Notes under the pieces: model-generated
Told to the model about the DNA's origin: nothing
Databases searched by the model: none
What the model saw: only the letters and a program-made list of their open reading frames with translations
In this document: piece after piece, positions 10,347-19,599 of the stretch
How positions within the stretch are numbered: the stretch's first letter is position 1
Layout of the letters: each line of letters starts with the position of its first letter
NCBI GenBank assembly: GCA_016192905.1
Contig: JACPTG010000001.1
Span: forward strand, 357,005-421,004
Direction: 5' to 3'
Origin: Candidatus Woesearchaeota archaeon
Lineage (GTDB): Archaea; Nanobdellota; Nanobdellia; Woesearchaeales; UBA10216
DNA: 64,000 nucleotides
Translations under genes and position numbers: made by a program

Positions 10347-11579
10347 TTGGAAGAAAGAGTAGAGGAAGCTTCCGGAACAGCCCGGCACAACCACAAACCA
10401 CACTGGATGAGAGTAGCAGGATACACCCTGCCACTCGCAGCAGGAATAGCCGCACTACTAATCCAAACAAGCCCAGCCGCATCCCAACCAGCACAACCCA
10501 ACCCAAACTACCAGGTCTACTCGCAGCAGGTAGCAACTCCCACCCCCACAGCAACCAGACCGCCAACAAGCCCCATAGGATTCGCATTCTGGCCACTAAG
10601 CAAAAAAGTAAAGCTACCAGACGGAAAAGAAGGAGAACTGACATTCCGAATCACAAGCTATTTAGACAATGACCCGAGCAATGGAATCAGGAGATGGGAT
10701 GGGGCATATGACCCTGACCCGTTGTCTGTAAAGATATACACGTTAGACGGACACAGAGGGACAGACATACAGCCATTAAACGAAACCGGAACTACTGTTT
10801 ACGTGCTGGCATTGACTGATGGGAAAATTATCATAACAGAAGAAGCGACAGGAAATAATGGGTTAGTTATAGAGAACGATAAATGGACAATCCAATATTA
10901 TCATGTTTATAACATCCTAGTAGCCGATGGTGCAGCTGTGACTACCGGGCAAAAAATTGCTGAAATAATAATGGGCTCGGGGAAAGCCTATTTGCATTTA
11001 GGGGCTATTGAAGGAGGAGTTTTTAAACAGAGAGACTACTGGCGTGATGTCACAGGCCAGTCAATCAACACCCAAAGCCTGTGGATAGATGACAACTGCC
11101 CAAGATTCAAAGAAGACATAGACGCAGGAGTATTCTACTGCCTCCAAAGAACATATCCGGAATCATTAGCAACGCCATCAGCAACACCAACCAGCACAAG
11201 CAGCCCCACAGCAACCTACACGCCAACCGGAACACCAACCCCAACACCCAACTTCACAGCCACCCCCTCACCAACAGGCACGCCAACAGCAACCCCACAG
11301 CCAACAGCAACCACCACACCCACCAGCACCCCAACACCTCCACCAACAAACACACCAACAGGAACACCAACACCTCCACCAACAAACACCGCAACAGCAA
11401 CCCCAACACCCGCCCAAGGAACACCCGTAGCAATAGTATGCGAACAAAGCAAAGGCGGAAGAGTTGTGCAAAATGCGGCCACAGGCCAACAGACCTGCGT
11501 ATATACCCAAGGTGTGCCAGTTTTGTTGAACAGCTACACAACAGGAAACCACCAGAACATAGCCATAACATTACGCTGA
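10347..11579 (+). CDS. M23-family metallopeptidase with signal/TM segment and Pro/Thr-rich stalk, copy 2 (410 aa)
   Basis: HRGTD and QYYHV motifs; AYLHL at the HxH position (first His replaced by Tyr); hydrophobic N-terminal segment; PT repeats; C-terminal Cys pair. Confidence 0.82.
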   Translation: MEERVEEASGTARHNHKPHWMRVAGYTLPLAAGIAALLIQTSPAASQPAQPNPNYQVYSQQVATPTPTATRPPTSPIGFAFWPLSKKVKLPDGKEGELTFRITSYLDNDPSNGIRRWDGAYDPDPLSVKIYTLDGHRGTDIQPLNETGTTVYVLALTDGKIIITEEATGNNGLVIENDKWTIQYYHVYNILVADGAAVTTGQKIAEIIMGSGKAYLHLGAIEGGVFKQRDYWRDVTGQSINTQSLWIDDNCPRFKEDIDAGVFYCLQRTYPESLATPSATPTSTSSPTATYTPTGTPTPTPNFTATPSPTGTPTATPQPTATTTPTSTPTPPPTNTPTGTPTPPPTNTATATPTPAQGTPVAIVCEQSKGGRVVQNAATGQQTCVYTQGVPVLLNSYTTGNHQNIAITLR

Positions 11580-11591
11580 CCTCAGTTAAAT

Positions 11592-11677
11592 CTCACACAA
11601 ACACGTCAGTTGCAATGACAATGCTTAAATAATAGTATGCGTTTCCAGTGCACAATTTAAGCATAAAATGTGCATTT
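11592..11677 (+). repeat. 86-bp 3' direct repeat, copy 2, with palindrome at 11648..11675 directly upstream of the ATPase gene
   Basis: GTGCACAATTT-AAGCAT-AAAATGTGCAT; aligns to 9954..10039. Confidence 0.9.
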
Positions 11678-11686
11678 GCAATTAAC

Positions 11687-12973
11687 ATGGAAAAAAGCAG
11701 AGTGAAGAAGGCAGTCATAGACCAAAAAGAGGAGATAGAGCTGCTGTCTTCAAGAGTAAGGCTCATTGAAAGAAGCTGCTTTGAAAAATACAAAGCCTAC
11801 GCAGCATCAACGCAGATTAAAGTGATAATGGGGGTGAGAAGAAGCGGCAAATCAATTCTCGCCTACCAGCTGCTGAAAGACAAGCGGTTTGCATACATAA
11901 ATCTTGATGATGAAAAACTTGCAAATATTTCTGCAGATGACTTAAATGACGTTCTTGAAGCATGTTATGAAGTGTATGGGGATTTCAAGCATTTACTGCT
12001 TGATGAGATACAGAATATTCCCGGCTGGGAATTGTTTGTCAATAGGCTGCAAAGACAGGGATTTAACATCATTGTTACAGGAAGCAACGCCAATCTTCTG
12101 GGCAGAGAATTATCGACACACCTTACAGGAAGGCACATTGCCCTGGAACTCTTCCCATTTTCCTTCAAGGAATTCGCAATATACCATGGGACTGAGCTGA
12201 AGGCGCCTGATTTACTGTCCACAAAAGAGAGGGGGCTTATGAAAAAAAAGCTTGAAGAATACATGTTTACAGGAGGGTTTCCCGAAGTTGTCAGGGAGCC
12301 TGAAAGCAAAAAAGCATATCTCCAATCCCTGTATTCCGATATACTGAACAAAGACATAATAGTTCGCCATAAAATAAGGTTTTCAAAAACTTTCAAAGAG
12401 ATAGCGAACAGCCTCATGTCCAATGCCGCATCGCATGTAAGCTTTAACAAGCTAAAAAACAGCTTTAACCTAAAAAGCGCGCACACTGCCTCAAACTACA
12501 TGTCCTTCCTGGAAGAATCCTTTTTGTTCTTTTTAGTCCCCCGTTTTTCATTCAAGGCCAAGGAAAGGGCGATTGCAAGCAGAAAAATATATTCCATTGA
12601 CACCGGGATTATGGATACCCTGAGCGTAAATTTCTCGCCGAATATTGGAAAGATATACGAGAACATGGTTTTCCTGGAACTGGCCAGGAGAAGCTCCATG
12701 GGGCAATCTGAAATATACTATTGGCAGGACGCATACCAGAATGAAGTTGATTTTGTGGTGAAAGAAGGCAGGGAAATAAAGGAGCTCATCCAGGTATGCT
12801 ATGATGCGGGCAATTATGACACCAAAAAAAGGGAAGTGACTGCGCTGCTTAAATCAGCAAAGGAGCTAAAGTGCGGAAAATTGACTGTGATAACCAACGA
12901 TTACGAGGCTGAGGAAGCAGCAGATGGCGGAAAGGTCAAATTCGTGCCATTATGGAAATGGCTTCTGGAATGA
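11687..12973 (+). CDS. AAA_14 ATPase with DUF4143 / C-terminal PD-(D/E)XK-like domain
   Basis: Walker A GVRRSGKS, Walker B LLLDEIQ, TGS, GGFPE, KIYSIDTG and EVDFVV motifs; ATG 11687 preferred to GTG 11648, which lies in the palindrome. Confidence 0.92.
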   Translation: MEKSRVKKAVIDQKEEIELLSSRVRLIERSCFEKYKAYAASTQIKVIMGVRRSGKSILAYQLLKDKRFAYINLDDEKLANISADDLNDVLEACYEVYGDFKHLLLDEIQNIPGWELFVNRLQRQGFNIIVTGSNANLLGRELSTHLTGRHIALELFPFSFKEFAIYHGTELKAPDLLSTKERGLMKKKLEEYMFTGGFPEVVREPESKKAYLQSLYSDILNKDIIVRHKIRFSKTFKEIANSLMSNAASHVSFNKLKNSFNLKSAHTASNYMSFLEESFLFFLVPRFSFKAKERAIASRKIYSIDTGIMDTLSVNFSPNIGKIYENMVFLELARRSSMGQSEIYYWQDAYQNEVDFVVKEGREIKELIQVCYDAGNYDTKKREVTALLKSAKELKCGKLTVITNDYEAEEAADGGKVKFVPLWKWLLE

Positions 12974-13033
12974 CTGCAATTTCAAACGGTGATGTGCACA
13001 AAAAATATAATAGGCCATTGAAAGCTATACAGC

Positions 13034-14302
13034 GTGGCGCTTGATTACATAGTAAGGCGTGCAGGAAGGATAGCTGCAATAGTAGGAATAGCGGCTGCTG
13101 TTGGCTACTGCCAGATTGCCTCGCCAACACAAATTCCATCGCCAACATACACCAAGCCCGCCTTCTCCAACGACCTCAGCAGCAGACTTTACTTGCCTGC
13201 TGTAATGAACAACCAGGCGCCTGAAAAACGGTTGGACTACAAGTGGTACCTTTACGTAATACTCAACGGGGACATGTCCATCAAACCGACGCACACTCCA
13301 TCAGCAACAGCCACCTCTGGAACCACTCCCACTATAACAGCCACAGCAATTACTGCTCCCACCCTGACTGCCACCCCGGGACTAACGCCAACCGCCACCT
13401 CTGCCGCAGCAACAATGATAGCAGCAACACTCACAGCCACTGCAGCGCTAACACCAGCAGGCTACCTAACTTCAACACCCACGCAATACGCCATAATCAT
13501 ACCTACTGCATCATCAACATCATCACCCCTGGCATTACTGACCGGAACACCAACAAACACGGCAATAATCTACTTCACACAAACACCAACAGGAACAAGC
13601 ACAGGAACACCAACCTGGACACCCACAACCATAAACACACCAACAGGAACAGCAATAATATGGACACCAACAGCAACCGCCACCCCAATATGGACAGGAA
13701 CACCAACCTGGACACCCACAACCATAAACACACCAACAGGAACAGCAATCATACTGACACCAACCAACACACCCATACCTGCACCAACAGCAACAAGCAC
13801 AGCAACAGAAACTGCTACCTCGCCACCAACCCTAACAGTAACACCACAGCCAACCTACACGCCTCTGCCTACCGCGACCAACACAGCAACCTACACGCCA
13901 GTACCAACAGCAACATGGACCCCTACGAACACGGCAACACAAACATGGACGCCCACAGAGACAGCCACCTACACTCCCATCCCCACACCAACTGGAACAC
14001 CAACAAACACTACAACAGCAACCCCAACATGGACACCAACACCAACCAGCACAAGCAGCCCAACAGGAACACCAACAGGCACGCCTGTACCCACAGCCAG
14101 CTTTACCCCTGTACCGCCAACATCAACCAGCACAGCCAGCGCAACTCCCACCAGTACCCTAACACCAACACCCACAACAACAAGCAGCCCAACCCCAACA
14201 GAAATATTCATTCTGCCGCCGAGCTCGATATTCACAAGTTACCTGAACGCTGCGCTGAGGATAAACGATATCACCTGGCTGATTTATGATGTCAGATGGT
14301 GA
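13034..14302 (+). CDS. Secreted/membrane Pro/Thr-rich mucin-like protein (422 aa) with LYLPAVMN motif
   Basis: N-terminal hydrophobic segment, about 300 aa of PT repeats, internal 56-bp duplication 13601..13656 / 13694..13749. Confidence 0.75.
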   Translation: MALDYIVRRAGRIAAIVGIAAAVGYCQIASPTQIPSPTYTKPAFSNDLSSRLYLPAVMNNQAPEKRLDYKWYLYVILNGDMSIKPTHTPSATATSGTTPTITATAITAPTLTATPGLTPTATSAAATMIAATLTATAALTPAGYLTSTPTQYAIIIPTASSTSSPLALLTGTPTNTAIIYFTQTPTGTSTGTPTWTPTTINTPTGTAIIWTPTATATPIWTGTPTWTPTTINTPTGTAIILTPTNTPIPAPTATSTATETATSPPTLTVTPQPTYTPLPTATNTATYTPVPTATWTPTNTATQTWTPTETATYTPIPTPTGTPTNTTTATPTWTPTPTSTSSPTGTPTGTPVPTASFTPVPPTSTSTASATPTSTLTPTPTTTSSPTPTEIFILPPSSIFTSYLNAALRINDITWLIYDVRW

Positions 14303-14344
14303 GCGGCAGATTTATATAAGAAACAGGGGTAGCCGTTGGCTGCC

Positions 14345-14447
14345 GGGGCTGTGGTGTAACTTGGCTATCACACAAGGTTTGGGACACAAATTGGGAACAA
14401 TTGTGTCAGAAGACCTTGTGATCGGGGTTCAAATCCTCGCAGCCCCA
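14345..14447 (+). tRNA. tRNA-Pro(UGG) with 29-nt canonical intron (14384..14412)
   Basis: Acceptor GGGGCTG/CAGCCCC-A, anticodon stem CAAGG/CCTTG, TGG anticodon, GTTCAAATC T-loop, BHB helix TTTG/CAGA; upstream TTTATATA. Confidence 0.95.
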
Positions 14448-14617
14448 TTAAAATACCCTTCTCGCAGTCTTCAATGCCTGGGTTACGTCGTCCCTTTCAA
14501 GGTTAAGGGAAACCCTGCTACCCCTAAGCAGATCAATAAACTCACTTAAGACTTCTGAACGGGTCTCATTCAGGACCTTTCCGAAAAGATTCAGTCTTTT
14601 TTTTTAAAAGATTACGG

Positions 14618-14633
14618 AATCCTCGCAGCCCCA
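14618..14633 (+). repeat. Duplicated tRNA-Pro 3' end (att-like), 16 bp
   Basis: AATCCTCGCAGCCCCA identical to 14432..14447. Confidence 0.9.
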
Positions 14634-14725
14634 CCTGTTTTTCGTTTGCAGGATTGGGCTTAGCCAAATTACCGCAATTTACGATAAAAGGAAAAATTTT
14701 TATAGTTATCCACTATTAATCCGCT

Positions 14726-14968
14726 ATGACAACTACTTTGACATTGAAGTTTAAAGGGGTCGAGGCAAAAGCCCTTGATGACATGATAAAGGCAGGTCTG
14801 TTCAACAGCAAGTCAGAGGCGATCAGGGCTGCCCTGGTAAAATACAGCACGGACATGGGGCTTATCAGCAGGGAAAAACTGTGGGAAGAGATAGGCAGAT
14901 ATCCAAGAAGAGGTGTCAGCGAACGCCAGCTCTCCAAAGACCTGGAAGAGATAGGGAATGAAGTATAA
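14726..14968 (+). CDS. Ribbon-helix-helix (CopG/Arc-type) antitoxin
   Basis: LDDMIKAGLFNSKSEAIRAAL motif; overlaps the PIN gene. Confidence 0.85.
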   Translation: MTTTLTLKFKGVEAKALDDMIKAGLFNSKSEAIRAALVKYSTDMGLISREKLWEEIGRYPRRGVSERQLSKDLEEIGNEV

Positions 14969-15383
14969 AGCCTTTCTGGATACCGCAGTTTTTATCTATT
15001 CCTTTGAATTTCCTGATTCCAATAGCAATACCGTGTTATGGCTTGTTAACAAGGGAATTCTAGAGGCAATTATCTCTGAAAGGGTATTCCTTGAATGCAT
15101 AAGATACTTTGAAAAACATCATACAGCCAAGCTTGCAAAGATTTTCAGGAAATATCTTCTTGAGAGTTGCGTGATAATTCCCAGCCAGCAAGTATCCGAT
15201 GAAATGACCTGGCTTAAAGGAAGAATAAAAGACAAGGATCTGGAACAGCTTGCAACTGTCAGGCGTCTCGGACTCAAATTTCTGATATCATACGACAGGG
15301 ATTTCCTTGAAATAAAAGAATATGCGACGCCAAAAAGATTCCTTATGGAAATAGGGGTAAAAGCGAAAGAGACCGAATACTGA
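14958..15383 (+). CDS. PIN-domain (VapC-like) toxin
   Basis: AFLDTAVF, DKD and ISYDRDF acidic PIN motifs. Confidence 0.88.
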   Translation: MKYKAFLDTAVFIYSFEFPDSNSNTVLWLVNKGILEAIISERVFLECIRYFEKHHTAKLAKIFRKYLLESCVIIPSQQVSDEMTWLKGRIKDKDLEQLATVRRLGLKFLISYDRDFLEIKEYATPKRFLMEIGVKAKETEY

Positions 15384-15387
15384 GCTT

Positions 15388-15401
15388 CTCGCAGCCCCAT
15401 T
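15388..15401 (+). repeat. Third copy of the tRNA-Pro 3' end (att-like), 14 bp
   Basis: CTCGCAGCCCCATT identical to 14436..14449. Confidence 0.85.
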
Positions 15402-15439
15402 TAATTAACTTTATAAACAACCGTAATAAACCCTCCGCT

Positions 15440-15685
15440 ATGGCGACCCTCACAAAATACCCGTCCGTAAAGAGGTTTGGGGTAAGGTATGGAAGGCGCG
15501 TCAAGGAGACATTTGGAAAAATTGAAAAGGCAGGAAGGGAAACTTCACTGTGCCCCCTGTGCAGGAGGACGAGAATGAAAAGGCTGGCCGCAGGGATATG
15601 GAGCTGCAAAAAGTGCAACGTCAAAATGGCTGGCGGGGCGTACAGCGTGACAAAGATGGCGAAGGAAACCGCAGAGGCTGAATAA
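15440..15685 (+). CDS. rpl37ae: 50S ribosomal protein L37ae (eL43)
   Basis: RFGVRYG, CPLC...AAGIWSCKKC...AGGAY motifs. Confidence 0.97.
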   Translation: MATLTKYPSVKRFGVRYGRRVKETFGKIEKAGRETSLCPLCRRTRMKRLAAGIWSCKKCNVKMAGGAYSVTKMAKETAEAE

Positions 15686-15822
15686 TGGTGGAATACAAGT
15701 GCTTTTACTGCAACAAGAAAGTTGCGACAGACTACCTGCGCAAGAAGGTAAGGTGCCCATACTGCGGAAGCAAGATACTGTTCAAGCCAAGGCGGACAAT
15801 CACCAAGATAAAGGCAAGATAG
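15685..15822 (+). CDS. rpoP: RNA polymerase subunit Rpo12/P (45 aa; not in ORF track)
   Basis: Hand translation MVEYKCFYCNKK...VRCPYCGSKILFKPR...IKAR; conserved position after rpl37ae. Confidence 0.95.
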   Translation: MVEYKCFYCNKKVATDYLRKKVRCPYCGSKILFKPRRTITKIKAR

Positions 15823-15826
15823 GGCG

Positions 15827-16048
15827 ATGAAATACGAAGCAACCATTAAAACCACGGATGAGGCTGAGCTCATCTTCAAGGCCTTTGAGCCTGAAGGAAT
15901 GAAGTCGGACAGGTCCAGCTACCAGGTTTCGATGGAAGGGGACTCAGTCCTTTTCAGGATTTCTGCGGCAGACGCCACAGCCCTCAGGGCGGCGCTAAGC
16001 TCAATAAGCAAGGCGCTGGCTGTAATTGAAAAGACAGGAGAAATCTGA
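15827..16048 (+). CDS. pcc1: KEOPS complex subunit Pcc1
   Basis: EPE...RS...ISAADATALRAALSS motif and operon context. Confidence 0.9.
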   Translation: MKYEATIKTTDEAELIFKAFEPEGMKSDRSSYQVSMEGDSVLFRISAADATALRAALSSISKALAVIEKTGEI

Positions 16049-16050
16049 AA

Positions 16051-16383
16051 ATGGCAATCCCAAAGGAAGCTGAGGAAAAACTGCAGCAGCTCCAGCTATT
16101 CGAGCAGAACCTGCAGAACTTCATGATGCAAAAACAAGCCCTCCAGATGCAGCTTGTAGAGGCAGAATCAGCACTTGAAGAGCTGAAGGACGCCAGCACA
16201 GCCTACAGGATAATAGGAAACATAATGGTGAAGGCTGAAAAGGAGGAGCTCACCAGCGAGCTTGCCTCAAAGAAGGAGACAACAGAGCTAAGGATAAAGG
16301 CGATAGAAAAACAGGAAGCCATGCTCAGGGAAAGGGCAACGAAGCTTCAGCAGGAAGTCCTGGGAGCATTGAAAGATGAGTGA
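16051..16383 (+). CDS. pfdB: Prefoldin beta subunit
   Basis: Coiled coil with YRIIGNIMVK hairpin; operon context. Confidence 0.95.
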   Translation: MAIPKEAEEKLQQLQLFEQNLQNFMMQKQALQMQLVEAESALEELKDASTAYRIIGNIMVKAEKEELTSELASKKETTELRIKAIEKQEAMLRERATKLQQEVLGALKDE

Positions 16384-16615
16384 CGTAAATGAGATAATAA
16401 CCGCGCTCTCTGAACTTGAGCAGGACAACACAGTGCCAAGAAACATAAAGGACCGGGTGCAAAGGACAATAACCGCGCTGAACGGAAACGGCGAAATGTC
16501 AATGAAAATAGACAAGGCACTCCAGGAACTTGACGAAGTAGCAGACGACATAAACCTCCAGGCCTACACAAGAACGCAGATATGGAACATAGTCAGCATG
16601 CTGGAGAAGCTTTAG
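16376..16615 (+). CDS. UPF0147 family protein
   Basis: DNTVPRNIK...YTRTQIWNIVSMLE signature. Confidence 0.9.
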   Translation: MSDVNEIITALSELEQDNTVPRNIKDRVQRTITALNGNGEMSMKIDKALQELDEVADDINLQAYTRTQIWNIVSMLEKL

Positions 16616-16641
16616 ATGCGAGCGAGTTTCAAATTCTACTA

Positions 16642-16717
16642 GTAGCAGGCTGTGGCTACCTTAGATTCGGCAGCCCCTTTCGGGAGAATCGTATGTGCAC
16701 TGTACAGCTTCGTGCAC
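16642..16717. repeat. Dispersed ~75-nt structured intergenic repeat, copy A
   Basis: 41 of the first 52 nt identical to the reverse complement of copy C; also homologous to copy B. Confidence 0.8.
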
Positions 16718-16729
16718 GCATTAGCACGT

Positions 16730-17308
16730 TCACTTGTGCCCTGCATTTTCCTTTGAGCGCCTCTTCCTGACCAGGACAACCCTGCTCATCACAAAAGTGT
16801 TCGGGACAAAGATAACGTCGCCCTGCCTGTTGTGAATCCTTGTATCAACGAGATTGACTGAAGAAACCACGCCCTCCAGGTCGCCAATCCTGACATGGTC
16901 GCCCTCCCTCAAGTGGGCAGCCTGGTGAATAACAACGCCCGCAAAAACGTTCGGGATGAAATCCTTAAGGAAAAGAAGCATAGAAATCAGGATGATAACA
17001 ACAAGCAGCGCAGAGGCAAGGTCAAACAGGATTCCCCTCAGGCGCAGAGTATCAAGAGCGATGACGATGGCAAGGAAGTATATGAAAAACTGGGAGAGGT
17101 AGCCAAGAATCTCATCAGCAGGGATGCTAAGCCTGGTAATGTTATGCACCAGCCTGTTGAACTCCAGCTCATCAAGCACCCTGCTGACAAGCTTGCCCAC
17201 CAGCCGGCCTCCAATAAAGCCTATAAGCACCACAATGGCCGCAACAACAATGTTGTTAAGCACGGCAGACAAAATCTGCCAAGCGCTTTCCAATACCGCC
17301 GATGCCAT
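16730..17308 (-). CDS. MscS-family small mechanosensitive channel protein
   Basis: TM helices followed by NVFAG, GDHVRIG...GVV and FVPN motifs. Confidence 0.9.
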   Translation of the reverse strand: MASAVLESAWQILSAVLNNIVVAAIVVLIGFIGGRLVGKLVSRVLDELEFNRLVHNITRLSIPADEILGYLSQFFIYFLAIVIALDTLRLRGILFDLASALLVVIILISMLLFLKDFIPNVFAGVVIHQAAHLREGDHVRIGDLEGVVSSVNLVDTRIHNRQGDVIFVPNTFVMSRVVLVRKRRSKENAGHK

Positions 17309-17417
17309 TGCATGAAAGGCAGACTGAATGTTTATAAAGGTTTTTGCCGCGTCCTGGACCTGCGGACGAAAGATATATAAGTAGGAAAGTAAGACTGTTT
17401 TACCGAGGTGGTGTGAG

Positions 17418-17666
17418 ATGGAAGAAGCCGGAGTTCAGGTAACAACAGCATCGCTCAAAGGACAGGTAGTTATTCCGCAGGAAATAAGAGAGCGCATGAG
17501 GATAGACCCGGGCACGAAATTTGCAGTGTACGGGAGGGGGGATACCATCATCTTCAAGAAAATAGAAGTCCCGACCGTAAAGGACTTTGAAAGGCTTGCA
17601 AGGTTTGGAAGAGCATTCGCCAAGCGAAGGGGAATCAGAGAAAGCGATGTGCTCCAAAATGATTAA
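17418..17666 (+). CDS. AbrB/MazE/SpoVT-family DNA-binding protein (orphan antitoxin-like)
   Basis: SLKGQVVIPQEIRERMRIDPG motif. Confidence 0.9.
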   Translation: MEEAGVQVTTASLKGQVVIPQEIRERMRIDPGTKFAVYGRGDTIIFKKIEVPTVKDFERLARFGRAFAKRRGIRESDVLQND

Positions 17667-17669
17667 GAA

Positions 17670-18758
17670 ATGGTAGAATACCTTGACCAGATAAAGGAGA
17701 TTGAGGAAGAGATAAAGAAGACACAGTACAACAAGGCAACGCAGCACCACATAGGCCTGCTCAAGGCAAAGATAGCCGTGCTCAGGCAGAAGCAGGAAGC
17801 GAGAAGCAAGAAGTCGCCGGGAGAAGGGTTCGCGGTAAGGAAAAGCGGCGACGCATCAGCAGTCCTTGTAGGCTTCCCATCAGTCGGAAAATCAACACTC
17901 CTCAACAGGCTCACCAACGCAGAGTCAAGGACAGCGGCCTACGCCTTCACAACACTCACATGCATACCAGGAATCCTGAACTACAAATCCGCAAAAATCC
18001 AGATACTCGACATACCCGGAATAATAAAGGGAGCAGCCGGAGGGGCAGGCAAAGGCAGGGAAGTAATAGCAGTCGCAAGAAGCTCAGACCTTGTCATAAT
18101 ATTAGCGGACATATTTGACCTGAAGCAGATAGAGGCGATAAGAAGGGAACTTCATGAGGCCAACATAAGGCTGGACGAGGAGCCGCCAAGAGTTACGATA
18201 AGGCCCACCCCAAGGGGAGGAGTGCAGCTTGCAGCCCTGAAAAAACTCAGCCAACTGGACCAGAAAATGGCAGAAGGAATACTAAAGGAATACAGGATAA
18301 GCAACGCGCAAATCACAGCCAGGGAAGACCTGACTCCTGAACGCCTCATAGACGCGCTCAGCGGAAACAGAACTTACTTACCATCACTCATACTCCTGAA
18401 CAAGGCAGACCTTGTCAGCAGGGAAGATGCTGAAAAGGCGGCAAGCGAAACAGGAGGAATTCCAGTTTCTGCAGAATACAGCGTAAGCCTGGAACAGGTG
18501 AAAGAGGCAATCTACAGGAAGCTGAAATTCATCAGGATACACCTCAAGGAACACGGGAAAAAGGCAGACATGGACGAGCCCCTCATAATGAAAAGCGGGA
18601 CAACAGTGGCAGACCTATGCAGGAAGCTCCACAAGGACTTCATAAGCAGATTCAGGCACGCAAAAATCTGGGGAAGCTCAGCGAAATTCCCAGGCGAAAG
18701 GCACAAGCTCGACCATGTGCTTGCTGACGGCGATGTAATCGAGGTCAGACTGAGGTAA
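17670..18758 (+). CDS. DRG/Obg-family GTPase with TGS domain
   Basis: YNKATQHHIG, GFPSVGKS, YAFTTL, DIPG, NKAD, IWGSSAKF motifs. Confidence 0.96.
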   Translation: MVEYLDQIKEIEEEIKKTQYNKATQHHIGLLKAKIAVLRQKQEARSKKSPGEGFAVRKSGDASAVLVGFPSVGKSTLLNRLTNAESRTAAYAFTTLTCIPGILNYKSAKIQILDIPGIIKGAAGGAGKGREVIAVARSSDLVIILADIFDLKQIEAIRRELHEANIRLDEEPPRVTIRPTPRGGVQLAALKKLSQLDQKMAEGILKEYRISNAQITAREDLTPERLIDALSGNRTYLPSLILLNKADLVSREDAEKAASETGGIPVSAEYSVSLEQVKEAIYRKLKFIRIHLKEHGKKADMDEPLIMKSGTTVADLCRKLHKDFISRFRHAKIWGSSAKFPGERHKLDHVLADGDVIEVRLR

Positions 18759-19560
18759 TCTTAACAGCTGAAACAAGCCGGTGGAGATAAGCCATAGCGG
18801 TTTCCCGCTGATGCCTGCCAAAAACCATCTCAAGGGTCTTCCAGCCCTTCATGCCCTCATCTGACCACTCTGCATCCACTAACCCCAGACAATCAGCAAA
18901 GCCGCGTGTCAACGCGCGAAATTCCGCCGCACTCCTCTGCCTGTAAAAGTCCGCCCTTACAACATAAGAAACCCCGTCAGGGCCAGGCAGCTGGTCAAGG
19001 GTCAGAAAAAAGTCGCTCATATACCCGGAAATCCTCGTCCGGTTGGAATCAAGGCTCCTGCGAATAAGGGGAATCGCAAGCTCGCTAACCACATGCTCCC
19101 AAAAACGTTCAGCAAAAGCCGGATTGACAGGCACGTAATAAACCTCTGCCTCATGACGCTTCCTCAAGCCGATGCCTGCATACAAGGGCTTTGAGAAGCC
19201 TGCCCTGAACCTGAGGGCGAACATGCCATCCTCAACTGCCAGCGAAACCTCATCCTTCACGGCACATTCAAGCGAAACCCTGCGCAAGGGCTTATGAAAA
19301 GTCTGGACAGTAACCTCCCACGGCACATAAGAGACTGCAAGAAAACTGCTTCCCACAATCACAGGCCCGTCACTGTGATAACCTATAACCTCAGCCTGAG
19401 AGCCGCCGGCAAACACCAGCATTTCGCGCTTAAGCATCTGCCTTTGCCCGCGAAGGGCAGAGAACATAAAATCGGCAGCATCCTCCAGCGAAACAATTGC
19501 AGCGCGGCTCAAATCATATCCGAGCGCATCAAGCTTTCTCTGCAAGTTTACATTGCCCAT
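18745..19560 (-). CDS. Hypothetical protein (271 aa); possible paralog of the split gene at 19600..20378
   Basis: Long ORF with upstream TATA-like element; no recognised family. Confidence 0.7.
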   Translation of the reverse strand: MGNVNLQRKLDALGYDLSRAAIVSLEDAADFMFSALRGQRQMLKREMLVFAGGSQAEVIGYHSDGPVIVGSSFLAVSYVPWEVTVQTFHKPLRRVSLECAVKDEVSLAVEDGMFALRFRAGFSKPLYAGIGLRKRHEAEVYYVPVNPAFAERFWEHVVSELAIPLIRRSLDSNRTRISGYMSDFFLTLDQLPGPDGVSYVVRADFYRQRSAAEFRALTRGFADCLGLVDAEWSDEGMKGWKTLEMVFGRHQRETAMAYLHRLVSAVKITSV

Positions 19561-19599
19561 GTCCAGCCCACAAAGGCCTGAAGATAAAAATTTGATGCA

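Noticed and set aside
9490..14200. ACACCAACA-type repeats as a CRISPR array or non-coding satellite
   Set aside because: They are in-frame Pro/Thr codons with no constant repeat-spacer period, and no cas genes are present.
13243..14289. 348-aa His/Asn/Thr-rich ORF
   Set aside because: Alternative frame of the low-complexity PT gene; stops are rare because the strand is T-poor.
16615..16725. Copy A region as 5S rRNA, tRNA or lysine riboswitch (GAAAGGGG..GCCGAA)
   Set aside because: Too short or missing diagnostic motifs; better explained by the three-copy repeat family.
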